This document shows, in pieces, positions 29,628-39,160 of a DNA stretch of 64,000 bases. Source of the DNA: Candidatus Multivorans sp. GTDB lineage: Bacteria; Acidobacteriota; Thermoanaerobaculia; Multivoradales; Multivoraceae. The stretch is taken from contig OZ242167.1 of assembly GCA_965205295.1 (NCBI GenBank), forward strand, positions 3,017,390-3,081,389, written 5' to 3'. The notes beneath the pieces were generated by a model. It was not told the origin of the DNA. It made no database searches and was given only the letters and a program-made list of their open reading frames with translations. The translations under genes and the position numbers were made by a program. Position 1 is the stretch's first letter. Every line of letters begins with the position of its first letter.

Positions 29628-30599
29628 TTACTTCCGGGCAAGCGCGTCGTACCGGGAACCGTCCCCCTCTGGCGCACGGAACTTGCCCCTCCAGCGGGAT
29701 GCAAACGACGGATCGTCCTTCACTCCGCTCGCCACACTAGCCCGCTCACCGACAATCTCCCCCAGCACCGGCTCGATGTAGCCGAAGAACCGCTCCGGGT
29801 CCTCCGACATCGGGAAGTGCCCGAGGCCCTGCATCGTCTGGTACGTCGCGCCCGCGATCTGGCCGGCGACTTCCTTGGAAAGCTCGGGCGGCGTGGCGGC
29901 GTCGTACTCGCCGGTCAGCAGGAACACGCGGGTCTGCGAGGTATCGATCTCCGGGGCGCGCTCGCCCAGGTCGTGGTCGGCGCCCCAGTAGTTGAGGTCG
30001 CCCCGGAACACTGGCGGCGCGCCCTGGCTGTAGCACCAGCCGACCTCGCGGCGGAGCGCCTCGGGCGCCAGGGGCGAGGTGAGGCCGACCATCAGGTCGC
30101 CCTTGAAGCTGTTGCTGACCTCGGGGTGGTCGAGCATGTCGATGTCGCCGGGATCCGACTTGATCGCCGCCTCAAGCCCGATCACGGCCTGGAACAGGCC
30201 CGGACGGTGCAGGGCGAGGTCGAGCGCGAGGTGGCCGCCGATCGAGCTGCCCATGTAGACCGGATCCTTGAGCCCGAGTTCGCGCACGAAGGCGGTGACG
30301 AAGTCGAGCAGGAAGCTCTTGGTCAGCTTGTACTCCTGCTTCCACCACTCGACGCCCGTGGGCGGCACCGACTTGGCGTGGTAGGGCAGGTCGTAGGCCA
30401 GCAGGTGGAAGTCCCGGCCGATCCGATCGTCTTCGAGCAGGTGCCGCCACTGGCGGCCGTCGGAGCCGGCGGTGTGCTGGAGCACCAGCGGGATGCCGTC
30501 CGGGTTCCCCGCCGACTCGAAGTAGACCTCGTAGGAGACGCCCTGAACTTCGAGGTCCAGGTAGCGGCCGACGCGCCGCGCGAACCTAGGGCTAGGCAC
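29628..30599 (-). CDS. Alpha/beta hydrolase with a chimeric antitoxin-derived C-terminal tail
   Basis: LQHTAG, YDLPYH, MGSSIGG nucleophile elbow, GEYD, GHFPMSE. Confidence 0.9.
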   Translation of the reverse strand: MPSPRFARRVGRYLDLEVQGVSYEVYFESAGNPDGIPLVLQHTAGSDGRQWRHLLEDDRIGRDFHLLAYDLPYHAKSVPPTGVEWWKQEYKLTKSFLLDFVTAFVRELGLKDPVYMGSSIGGHLALDLALHRPGLFQAVIGLEAAIKSDPGDIDMLDHPEVSNSFKGDLMVGLTSPLAPEALRREVGWCYSQGAPPVFRGDLNYWGADHDLGERAPEIDTSQTRVFLLTGEYDAATPPELSKEVAGQIAGATYQTMQGLGHFPMSEDPERFFGYIEPVLGEIVGERASVASGVKDDPSFASRWRGKFRAPEGDGSRYDALARK

Positions 30600-30936
30600 T
30601 TGCCCGCTTGTCCCCGAGGAGCATCCTCGCCACGTCGCCGTTCGTCTGCTGGCTCACGATCCAGAGGTAGAGCGCGAGCATTGGCGCGCCGAGGAAGACG
30701 CCCGCCACGCCAAGCACGAGGCCGCCCGGCGTGAAGTTGTTGCGCCAGGCCATCCAGAACCCGGAGAGGAGCAGCATCCCTAAGAAGTCCAGGTTGAACT
30801 GGCCCGGCCAAGTCCCCTCGGCGATGTCGCCGAAGAAGATCGGGAACAGGCCCATGCCGTGTTCCATGGCGACGTACACGGTGTAGGCGCCGATCGTCCC
30901 GAAGATGAGGCCGAGCAGCAGGCGGAAAGCGTTCAT
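30592..30936 (-). CDS. Small membrane protein
   Basis: MNAFRLLLGLIFG...WPGQFNLDF; three TM segments; GGGAG RBS. Confidence 0.75.
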   Translation of the reverse strand: MNAFRLLLGLIFGTIGAYTVYVAMEHGMGLFPIFFGDIAEGTWPGQFNLDFLGMLLLSGFWMAWRNNFTPGGLVLGVAGVFLGAPMLALYLWIVSQQTNGDVARMLLGDKRASA

Positions 30937-30979
30937 GCGGGAGCTCCCTTCGTTGGTGGTGGGGGCATGAGCGGCCGGC

Positions 30980-31345
30980 TCAGTCGGCGATCTCCCGCAA
31001 CACCTCGACCAGGCGCCGCAGCGCGGGGTAGTAGGCGGCGTACGCGAGCTGATCCCGGTTGATCTCGATGCCGTGGTGCACGCTGGCGAAGAAGGGGTCC
31101 TGGTAGAAGGGACGCGGCTCCGCGCAAAGGAGTTCGCGCCACTCGTCTTCGGGACCGGCCAGGAAGACATCGCACGGACTGTCGGCATCGCACGGTTCGA
31201 GCGCGGCCAACGCGCCGTCCTGGAAGCGGATCGCATGGTGCCGGTCTCCCACACTCAGCCGCACATTGGCGGTCCAATGGCGGATCGTGTGCCGAAACTC
31301 CGGATCCTGTTCGAGGGTCGACTTCAGGTCGTGCCAGGGGATCAT
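30980..31345 (-). CDS. Hypothetical protein (SCP2-like fold possible)
   Basis: Host-like codon usage; co-oriented with the hydrolase cluster. Confidence 0.6.
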   Translation of the reverse strand: MIPWHDLKSTLEQDPEFRHTIRHWTANVRLSVGDRHHAIRFQDGALAALEPCDADSPCDVFLAGPEDEWRELLCAEPRPFYQDPFFASVHHGIEINRDQLAYAAYYPALRRLVEVLREIAD

Positions 31346-31516
31346 CCAGGAATCGTAGCGTGGTAGCGCCCCGAAACCCCCCGTAGACTCGGTGTTTCGG
31401 CCCAGCCCGTCCTCATCCAGGAACTTGCGCCCCGGAACTCGCTTTCGCTACGTTTGGCGGCACAATCTCCTGGAACACCCAACCGCCTTCAGCATCAAGC
31501 CAAGAGGTTTTGCCGC

Positions 31517-32011
31517 ATGGCCGATCCAGACTTCTCCACCTTTCCGCTCCAGAAGAAGGGCAACCGCTACCAGGACTTCGAAGAGGGCCGGGTCTTCGAG
31601 CATCACTGGGGCCGCACCCTGAGCGAGGCGGACAACGCGCTCTTCGCCACCGCGACGATGCGGTTCACGCCGCTCTACTTCAACGCCGAGTACGCGCGCG
31701 CTCACGGGCACGACTCGGTGGTCGTCGACCCGCTGCTCGTGCTGTGCACCGTGGTCGGCATGTCGGTCGAGGATCTCTCCGAGGGCGGCGGGCCCTTTCT
31801 CGGCGTGAATCAGGTGAAGTTCCACCGGCCGGTCTACCCGGGGGACACGATCACGGGCAAGAGCCGGGTGGTCAACCGCCGCGAGTCGGGCTCCAGGCCC
31901 CACTTCGGCATCGTCACCTGGCAGACCGAGGCCTTCAACCAGAATGGCGAGATGGTCGTGAGCTACCAGCGCACCAACCTGGTCGCGAAGCGGCGGGAGG
32001 CCGCGTCGTGA
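31517..32011 (+). CDS. MaoC family dehydratase
   Basis: YQDFEEG, GRTLSEADNALF, PLYFN, FHRPVYPGDT. Confidence 0.9.
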   Translation: MADPDFSTFPLQKKGNRYQDFEEGRVFEHHWGRTLSEADNALFATATMRFTPLYFNAEYARAHGHDSVVVDPLLVLCTVVGMSVEDLSEGGGPFLGVNQVKFHRPVYPGDTITGKSRVVNRRESGSRPHFGIVTWQTEAFNQNGEMVVSYQRTNLVAKRREAAS

Positions 32012-32031
32012 CGGCCCACAGCTTTCCGCCC

Positions 32032-32055
32032 TGGGAACGCGGGCATCCTGCCCGC
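32032..32055 (-). repeat. REP-like palindrome copy (inverted)
   Basis: TGGGAACGCGGGCATCCTGCCCGC between the two maoC genes. Confidence 0.75.
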
Positions 32056-32096
32056 TCTGGGAACCGGGCCACCGCGGCTGGGCAGGAGGCAGCGCC

Positions 32097-32573
32097 ATGA
32101 CCGCAGCGCTCACCTCCTCCTCCACCTACTTCGAGGACTTCGCCGCCGGCCAGAAGATGCGCCACGCCCGCGGCACCACGATCGAAGAGGTCGAGAGCCA
32201 GCTCCTCACCAAGCTGGTCATGAACACCGCCGACGGTCACTTCGACGAGCACAAGATGAAGGCGTCCCCCTTCGGCCAGCGTCTCGTCTTCGGCCTGGTC
32301 ACCGGCTCGACCGTCATCGGCCTGGCAACTCAGGACACGGCCGAGAACGCGCTCGCCGAACTCGGCCTCGACAAGATGCGCTTCCGCGCGCCCGTCTTCC
32401 TCGGCGACTCGCTGACCGCCTACACCGAGGTGCTTGAGACCCGCGCCGCCGACCGCGACGACGCCGGCATCGTGCGCTTCAAGCACTGGGGCGTGAAGCA
32501 GGACGGCACGATCGTCTTCGAAGGCGAACGCGAGGTCCTCATCAAGCGCCGCTCGCACTGGGGGTTGCCGTGA
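32097..32573 (+). CDS. MaoC family dehydratase
   Basis: YFEDF, NT...HFD, FGQRLVFG, FRAPVFLGD. Confidence 0.9.
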   Translation: MTAALTSSSTYFEDFAAGQKMRHARGTTIEEVESQLLTKLVMNTADGHFDEHKMKASPFGQRLVFGLVTGSTVIGLATQDTAENALAELGLDKMRFRAPVFLGDSLTAYTEVLETRAADRDDAGIVRFKHWGVKQDGTIVFEGEREVLIKRRSHWGLP

Positions 32574-33832
32574 GCGAAGGCCCAGGCCCCCTCAGCGACC
32601 TCGTCATCCTCGACTGCACGATGGCGCTCGCCGGGCCCTTCGGCTCGGCGATCCTCGCCGACCTCGGCGCCGACGTGATCAAGGTGGAGCCGCCGACCGG
32701 CGACATGTCGCGCCCCTCGCCTCCGATCCCCGAAGACTTCATCCACGCCGCCGAGGGCAAGGCGGGCGTCGACGGAGGCTGCGACTTCGGCGGCTACTTC
32801 GGCAGCATCAACCGCAACAAGCGCAGCATCGCGCTCGACCTGAAGGACGAGGGCGACCGCGAGACGTTCCTCAGCCTGGCCGAGCACGCCGACGCCGTGC
32901 TCGAGAACATGCGCGCCGGCGTGATGGACCGGCTTGGGCTGAGCTACGAAGTGATCCGGGAGCGCAACCCGAAGATCGTCTACGCGGCGCTTCGCGGCTT
33001 CGGCGATCCCAGGACCGGCGAGAGTCCCTACGCCGACTGGCCCGCCTTCGACATCGTGGCGCAGGCGATGGGCGGTTTCGCCCACATCAACGGCCCCGAC
33101 GGCGCCAGCGGCTATCCCGGCGGCGCCTCCGTCGGCGACCTCTTCCCCGGCGCTCTCATGGCGCTCGGCGTCGTCGCCGGGGTCCATCACGCGCGGCGGA
33201 CCGGCAAGGGCCAGTTCATGGACGTCGCGATGGTCGACGGAGTCAACTTCCTGTGCGAGTCGGTGTTCGCGAACTACGGCGCCGCCAAGAGCAACCAGCT
33301 CGGGCCGCGCGGCAAGCACCATCACAGCCTGTGCCCGTTCGGCATCTACGACGCGAAGGACGGCGGCGTGGCGATCGCAGCGCCGCTGCCGGCACAGTGG
33401 AAGATCCTCTGCCAGGCGATGGGGCGGCCCGACCTCGTGTCGGACGAGCGCACGAAGGACTTCGGGGCGCGGCGCAAGAACCGGGAGTTCGTGGAAGGCG
33501 TCGTCGCGGACTGGACCGGCTCGCTCACCCGCGACCAGGTCGTCGAAACGCTCGGCGGCAAGGTGCCCTGCGGCCCGGTGCAGACCGCGGCCGACATCTT
33601 CGAGAGCCCCCACACCGCGGTCCGCGAGATGGTCGCCGAAGTCGAGCTGCCGGGCGACAACGAGCCGGTCAAGATCGTCGGCAGCCCGATCAAGTACACC
33701 GTAACGAAGACCGGCGTGCGACACCGCGCGCCCCTGCTCGACGAGCACCGCGACGAGATCCTCGCCCAGTTCGGGATCAACGCCGGGCTGGACCAGGAAG
33801 ACCCACCCAAGGAGCAGGAGCCATGCGACTAA
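32570..33832 (+). CDS. Family III CoA-transferase (CaiB/BaiF)
   Basis: AGPF..ILADLGADVIKVEPP.GD, NRNKRSIALDLK, ENMRAG, AFD...QAMGG, APLLDEH. Confidence 0.95.
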   Translation: MSEGPGPLSDLVILDCTMALAGPFGSAILADLGADVIKVEPPTGDMSRPSPPIPEDFIHAAEGKAGVDGGCDFGGYFGSINRNKRSIALDLKDEGDRETFLSLAEHADAVLENMRAGVMDRLGLSYEVIRERNPKIVYAALRGFGDPRTGESPYADWPAFDIVAQAMGGFAHINGPDGASGYPGGASVGDLFPGALMALGVVAGVHHARRTGKGQFMDVAMVDGVNFLCESVFANYGAAKSNQLGPRGKHHHSLCPFGIYDAKDGGVAIAAPLPAQWKILCQAMGRPDLVSDERTKDFGARRKNREFVEGVVADWTGSLTRDQVVETLGGKVPCGPVQTAADIFESPHTAVREMVAEVELPGDNEPVKIVGSPIKYTVTKTGVRHRAPLLDEHRDEILAQFGINAGLDQEDPPKEQEPCD

Positions 33833-34725
33833 GACGTTCCGAGCTGGCGGTGCCGGCCAGCAACCCCAGGATGGTCGAGAAGTCGGCCGGAAGCGACGCC
33901 GACCTCGTCTTCCTCGACCTGGAAGACGCCGTCTCCCCCGAGAAGAAGGAGGGCGCGCGCCAGATCGCCATCGACGGCCTGAACGATCTCGACTGGGGCA
34001 ACAAGGTGCGCTCCGTGCGCGTCAACGACCACACCACCCGCTGGGCCGCCGAGGACATGATCAGCGTCGTCGAAGGCGCCGGCGAGAACCTCGACATCAT
34101 CATCCTGCCCAAGGTCAAACAGCCGCGCGACATCTGGTTCTTCGAGACCATGCTCGACGGCCTCGAGCTCAAGCTCGGGCTCACCCGCAAGATCGGCCTG
34201 GAGGCGCTGATCGAGGAGGCCGAGGGCCTCGCCAACGTCGAGGCGATCGCCACCTCCTCGCCCCGGCTGGAGGCGCTCATCCTCGGCTTCGGCGACCTCT
34301 CCGGCAGCATGGGCATGCGCTTCGGCCACGAACTCGACAAGGACTACCGCTACCCCGGCGACATGTGGTCCGCCCACCGCGTCCGCATGATCGCCGCCTG
34401 CCGCGCCGCCGGCATCGACGCCATCGACGGCCCATTCGGCGACTTCAAGAACGACAGGGCCTACATGAAGCAGGCCACCTGGGCCGCCACCCTCGGCGCC
34501 GTCGGCAAGTGGTGCATCCACCCCAACCAGATCCCGCTCGCCAACGACGTCTTCGCGCCGTCGCCCAGGGAGATCAAGCAGGCGCAGAAGATGGTCGATC
34601 TGTACAACGAGTCCGTGGCGAAGGGGGCCGGGGCTGGTGGTAAGGGCGGGCAGTTGGTGGATGCGGCGACGTTGCGGATCTATGAGCCGGTGTTGAAGCG
34701 GGCGAGGGCTACTGGGAGGTTGTAG
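33823..34725 (+). CDS. CitE-like CoA-ester lyase (citrate lyase beta / malyl- or citramalyl-CoA lyase family)
   Basis: RSELAVP, FLDLEDAV, ILPKV, LIE..EG, GFGDLS, IDGP, GKWCIHPNQI. Confidence 0.93.
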   Translation: MRLRRSELAVPASNPRMVEKSAGSDADLVFLDLEDAVSPEKKEGARQIAIDGLNDLDWGNKVRSVRVNDHTTRWAAEDMISVVEGAGENLDIIILPKVKQPRDIWFFETMLDGLELKLGLTRKIGLEALIEEAEGLANVEAIATSSPRLEALILGFGDLSGSMGMRFGHELDKDYRYPGDMWSAHRVRMIAACRAAGIDAIDGPFGDFKNDRAYMKQATWAATLGAVGKWCIHPNQIPLANDVFAPSPREIKQAQKMVDLYNESVAKGAGAGGKGGQLVDAATLRIYEPVLKRARATGRL

Positions 34726-35009
34726 GGAGTGGAAACCGGACCTAGGAGAATGTGGGATGGCAGAGGAACAACGCGAGCAGGAAGTGGCGGCACCATCGTC
34801 CTCCGCAAGGGTACGAGTTCGTAACTGCACCGCCCACGCGAAAGGGCAGGAGCCTCGAACGCCTGCAAAGACGGTGACAATGGCCCGACGCCAACCTCTA
34901 AGTGTCGTCGGTCAAACCGTGATAGACGGCATCGTCGAGATGCCCGCGTCGTGAATCGAGACAGTCGACGAGAGCGGACGCACGGACAGAAAGGAGGCGC
35001 CAAGACCGA

Positions 35010-35303
35010 ATGAGCCTGTACATCACACCGCAGTGCGACCCAAACGACCCTGGGTGCCGAAGCCACAAGACCCTGGAAGAAGCGTTGGAGTGCGCAATTG
35101 ACAGACTCCGGAAGAAGCTGGGCCGTGAGCCGATGTTCCGCGCACCGCTTCCCGGCGAAACACCGCAAGTAGGGGTCACCGGACTAGATGGCAGAAGGCT
35201 GTCTGACGAAGAACGACGGAAGTACAAAAGGCTCGTAGCGAAGTATGAGCCCAACACGGTGGATGACGAGGCTTCTGGAAGCAGTCATCCGTCCGATCCT
35301 TGA
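35010..35303 (+). CDS. Small hypothetical protein
   Basis: AGGAGG RBS upstream; no recognisable family. Confidence 0.4.
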   Translation: MSLYITPQCDPNDPGCRSHKTLEEALECAIDRLRKKLGREPMFRAPLPGETPQVGVTGLDGRRLSDEERRKYKRLVAKYEPNTVDDEASGSSHPSDP

Positions 35304-35373
35304 CGACGAACAGAGGGAAGTAGGTTCGCGCCGCAACATCGCACCTTCATCTACACGTTCTGCCTTACATAGC

Positions 35374-36192
35374 GTGGGATTACACATACAACACCAAGTG
35401 TACTTGGGCCATTTCTCCTGTCCGAGCCGGCCCAGTCATATCTGGATCTTCGACAAGAAGGTTGGTCAGTGGCTAGGCAATCGGGAGATTCCCATTCGTG
35501 GTGCTATGCAAGCTCCTGGTTTCTACGCGGACCAAGACGAGAAGTTCCTTGCGGGAGTGGAGGGAAACGGGATCGGCCCACTCCAGAAGCTCTGCCGCGA
35601 AGAGGCCCTGACTCCGGAGGACCGGGAAGCTGTCGCCAACTACGTAGTGGCCGCGTTCACTCGGTCCCCATGGGTCAGGCGCGCTGTCATACCCGTCGCC
35701 CAGAAGCACAAGGAAGAGCTGAAGCAGAACCTCTCGTCCTACTTGGCCGAGCGGGGCTTGCCCGATACCGCAGCGTACAGGGGAGCAGCCGCCGAGTGGC
35801 TCGATGTTCAGAACGAGGAGTTGGACAAAGGTGCCTACCGGTCACGCCACGAGAACGTGACGACCGCACCAAGTGAGTACTTTCGACACACGTTCTTCCA
35901 CTCCGCTGTTCGAGGAATGGGCTGGAGAGTGCTGCGGCGGCCAGACAGTACCGGTTTCGCCACCAGCGATAGCCCTAGCCTCCCACGGGGCCGGGAGGAG
36001 TTCCAGTTTCCACTGTCGACGAGACTGTGTCTCGTCGGTGCTAGCCAGTGGCCTAAGGGTAGTCTGAACTTCGAAGACTGCCCGGGGCGAGCTGCCCGGA
36101 TCATCAATACCAATACAGTGACCATGGCTGAGCGGTTCATCGGTTTCCACCGTAAAGCGGAATGGATACCAAGGGCCGTAGGCGGCGCTTGA
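35374..36192 (+). CDS. DUF4238-like protein
   Basis: H.QHQVYL..F N-terminus and FATSDSP...FPLSTRLCL resemble DUF4238 motifs; start uncertain. Confidence 0.65.
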   Translation: MGLHIQHQVYLGHFSCPSRPSHIWIFDKKVGQWLGNREIPIRGAMQAPGFYADQDEKFLAGVEGNGIGPLQKLCREEALTPEDREAVANYVVAAFTRSPWVRRAVIPVAQKHKEELKQNLSSYLAERGLPDTAAYRGAAAEWLDVQNEELDKGAYRSRHENVTTAPSEYFRHTFFHSAVRGMGWRVLRRPDSTGFATSDSPSLPRGREEFQFPLSTRLCLVGASQWPKGSLNFEDCPGRAARIINTNTVTMAERFIGFHRKAEWIPRAVGGA

Positions 36193-36914
36193 GCGCCGCC
36201 AATCGGGGCGGATTGGGACGCGATTGCCTCGTCGGCGCGAAGAGATTCCCCCACCGCTAGCCAGCGTATCGTCGGGGTTGACCGCGACGAGCTTCAAGGA
36301 GCGAATGCGCCACACTGCCGTTCGTCGATGTCTCGGTCCTAGGGAAGCGCGGCTACAACGCCAGCCGCTGAATGGCGCCCGCGTCGACATACCGTCCTCA
36401 TTCCTCGTTTGATCCCGAGCCTTTCGAGCCATCGGTCTCCGGGTCCCGCGCCCTCTCTTCATCTCCCCCTACATCCAACGCCTACTCGACACGGTCAACC
36501 GGCGGCCTGGACGAAGCGCGTGACCCCTTCGGGGTCGCGGGCGCGAGCGAGGTGCACGCCGTGGACGCCCTGCGCCAGGGCCTGCCTGGGTCATCCAGCT
36601 GCCGGCCGTGACGGTCGGTTCGTCCAGGCCTAGCAGGGGCAGGGGGACGATGAGGGTGGGCGTGCGGTGGCCGCTCGGCGTGGGGCCCGCGTGGACGAGG
36701 ACGCGCATGAACTCGGGGAGCGCCGCAAAGTCGAGCGCCATGTCCTAGCGCTACTGCTTCGCGGCAGTTGAAACTCCCACAGTCTGAGCGCCGTAACGGC
36801 TAGCCATACAGGGAGAGTGATGCCTCGCCGGGACGCGGGAGCGCTGCAATTGGCAGGCGAACCCAACAGCCGTGGAGCTCCCTATCCCTCCCATCGGTCT
36901 CAAGAGGACAAGAC

Positions 36915-37907
36915 ATGAACGGGAGATCCCGCGGCATTCTCGCGACAACTGTCATCTTCCTCGGACAGATCGTCGCCCCGGCGGTGTTCCACGGTCTCAA
37001 CCCGGAACAACCCACTTTCGTGGACGACATCGCGCCGATCCTCCACGAGAACTGTGCCTCCTGTCACCAGCCCGGCGAGATAGGCCCGATGGCGCTGCGC
37101 ACCTACAGTGAGGTCCGCCCTTGGGCGCGATCGATCGCTCGCGCGGTGGAGAACCGTGACATGCCTCCCTGGGACGCCGATCCCGGCTACGGGCCGTGGA
37201 AGAACGACATCAGTCTTGAGGAAGACCAGATCTCCGCGATCCTGCGTTGGGTTTCCTCCGGCGCGCCCCGAGGAGACGGCGAAGAGCCGTTGTTCGAGAG
37301 TGAGGAACGCGGCGGCGAGTGGGCGCTTGGCGAGCCCGACTGGGTCTATGAGTTCGAGCCCTACGAAGTCGCCGCGGACGGCCCTGACTCGTTCGCCGTC
37401 ATCCCGATTGAGGCGAGTTTCGAGGAGGACCGCTGGATCCGCGCCGTTGAAGTCCAGCCCGGCAACCGCGATGTGCTTCACCACTTCATCCTTTGGCGCG
37501 CCGCCCCCGGCGGCACGGTCCAGGACGCCTGGATCGATGGCTGGGCGGCCGGTGTCGCGCCGAGGGAGCTGCCGGCGGGCACCGCCCGTTTGCTGCCGAA
37601 AGGCCGCAACCTCCTCGGCGACTTCCACTACCACCCGAGCGGCACGGCATCTACCGACCAAACGAGGGTCGGGATCTGGTTCGCCGAACCGGACGAGGTC
37701 GAGAAGGAGCTGGTCAACCTCTGGATCATGAACTCAGCTTTCACGATCCCCGCTGGCGACCCGAACCACGAAGCCCGCGCCCACCACGTCTTCACCGAGG
37801 ATGTCCTCGTCCGTTCCCTGGCGCCGCACATGCACTACCGGGGCAAGGACATGAGGTACACGGCGTACCTCCCGGACGGGACCGAGCGCGAGCTCCTCAG
37901 TGTCTGA
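36915..37907 (+). pseudogene. CxxCH plus Cu monooxygenase-like paralog, truncated at the IS3 element
   Basis: CASCH, MPPW, LHH, HYH, PHMHYRGK; ends ELLSV at the IS end, whose TGA is the stop; C-terminal FNWQ/EM part missing. Confidence 0.85.
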
Positions 37908-39160
37908 GGTGGTCCCGGAAAACTGGACAGGTGGCTAAGGTGTACTCCTATCCGAGAGGAGGAGTACAGGATGAGGAAGCGCCGGAAGTTCACGGCGTCG
38001 TTCAAGTCGAAGGTGGCGCTCGAGGCTCTTCGGGAGGACCGGCCGCTGTCGGAGATCGCTGCCCGTCACAAGATCCACCCGAATCAGGTGGGCAGTTGGA
38101 AGCGGCAGGCGATCGAGGGGATGACGGAGACGTTCACGGGCAAGTCGGATGGTCGCCCGCGCGCCCACGAGGAGGAGATTCGGGACCTTCACGCGAAGAT
38201 CGGGGAGTTGACGATCGAGCGGGATTTCTTGTCCAGGGGGCTCGGGCACTAAGCCGGCCCGAGCGCCTGAAGATGATCGGCCGCGAGGACTTGGAGTTGA
38301 GCCTGAGCCGGCAGTGCCGTCTGCTCGAGGTCAGCCGTTCTTCGTTGTACTACCGGCTGAAGGGAGAGAGCGCGGAGACGCTGGGCCTGATGCGGCGGCT
38401 CGACGAGCTGTTCCTGAAGTACCCGTTCTACGGCTCTCGTCAGATGGTCCGGCACCTTCGCCGCGAAGGCGTTCGTGTCGGTCGTCACCGGGTGCGGCGT
38501 CTAATGCGTCTGATGGGCATTCAGGCGATCTACCAGGCGCCGCGGACGAGCAAGCCGCATCCGGATCACCGGAGGTACCCGTATCTGCTCAAGGGCCTTG
38601 CGATCGAGCGTCCGAACCAGGTCTGGTGCGCCGACATCACCTACATCCCGGTGCGAGGCGGCTTCCTGTACCTGGCGGCGGTCATGGACTGGGCGAGCCG
38701 GCGGGTGCTGTCGTGGCGCCTGTCGAACACGTTGGACGCTTCGTTCTGCGTCGAGGCCCTCGAAGAAGCCCTGGCCCGGTACGGCAAGCCCGAGATCTTC
38801 AACACGGACCAGGGCAGCCAGTTCACCAGCTCGGACTTCATCGAGCGTCTCTGGCGTTCACTCAAGTACGAGGCGGTCTACCTGCACGAACTCCGCGACG
38901 GCCTCGAGGCCCGCAGGATCCTCGGCGAGTGGATCACCTTCTACAAACGCCGAGCGCCCGCACTCGGCGCTCGGCGGCAGTACGCCGATCGAGGCGCACC
39001 GCGAAGGCCGTCCGGACGCGGCCGTCAGGCACGAGCCGACGGCCGCGGACGATCCGCAGAATCCACGTTTTCCACAGCCCCGGCGGCGGGCTGCTTGATC
39101 AACCATGGAAGTACACCTTAGCCAGGCCGCCATGCTGTCCAACGAACCGGGACCACCTCA
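37905..39160 (+). mobile_element. IS3-family element with an internally deleted orfB
   Basis: IRs TGAGGTGGTCCCGGAAAACTGGACAG / rc TGAGGTGGTCCCGGTTCGTTGGACAG; GTC on both flanks; orfA 37971-38252; orfB WCADITYI...NTDQGSQF...IERLWRSLKYE. Confidence 0.93.

Noticed and set aside
36469-36741. Short ORF with coding-like codon usage
   Set aside because: Probably a gene fragment, but no family could be recognised
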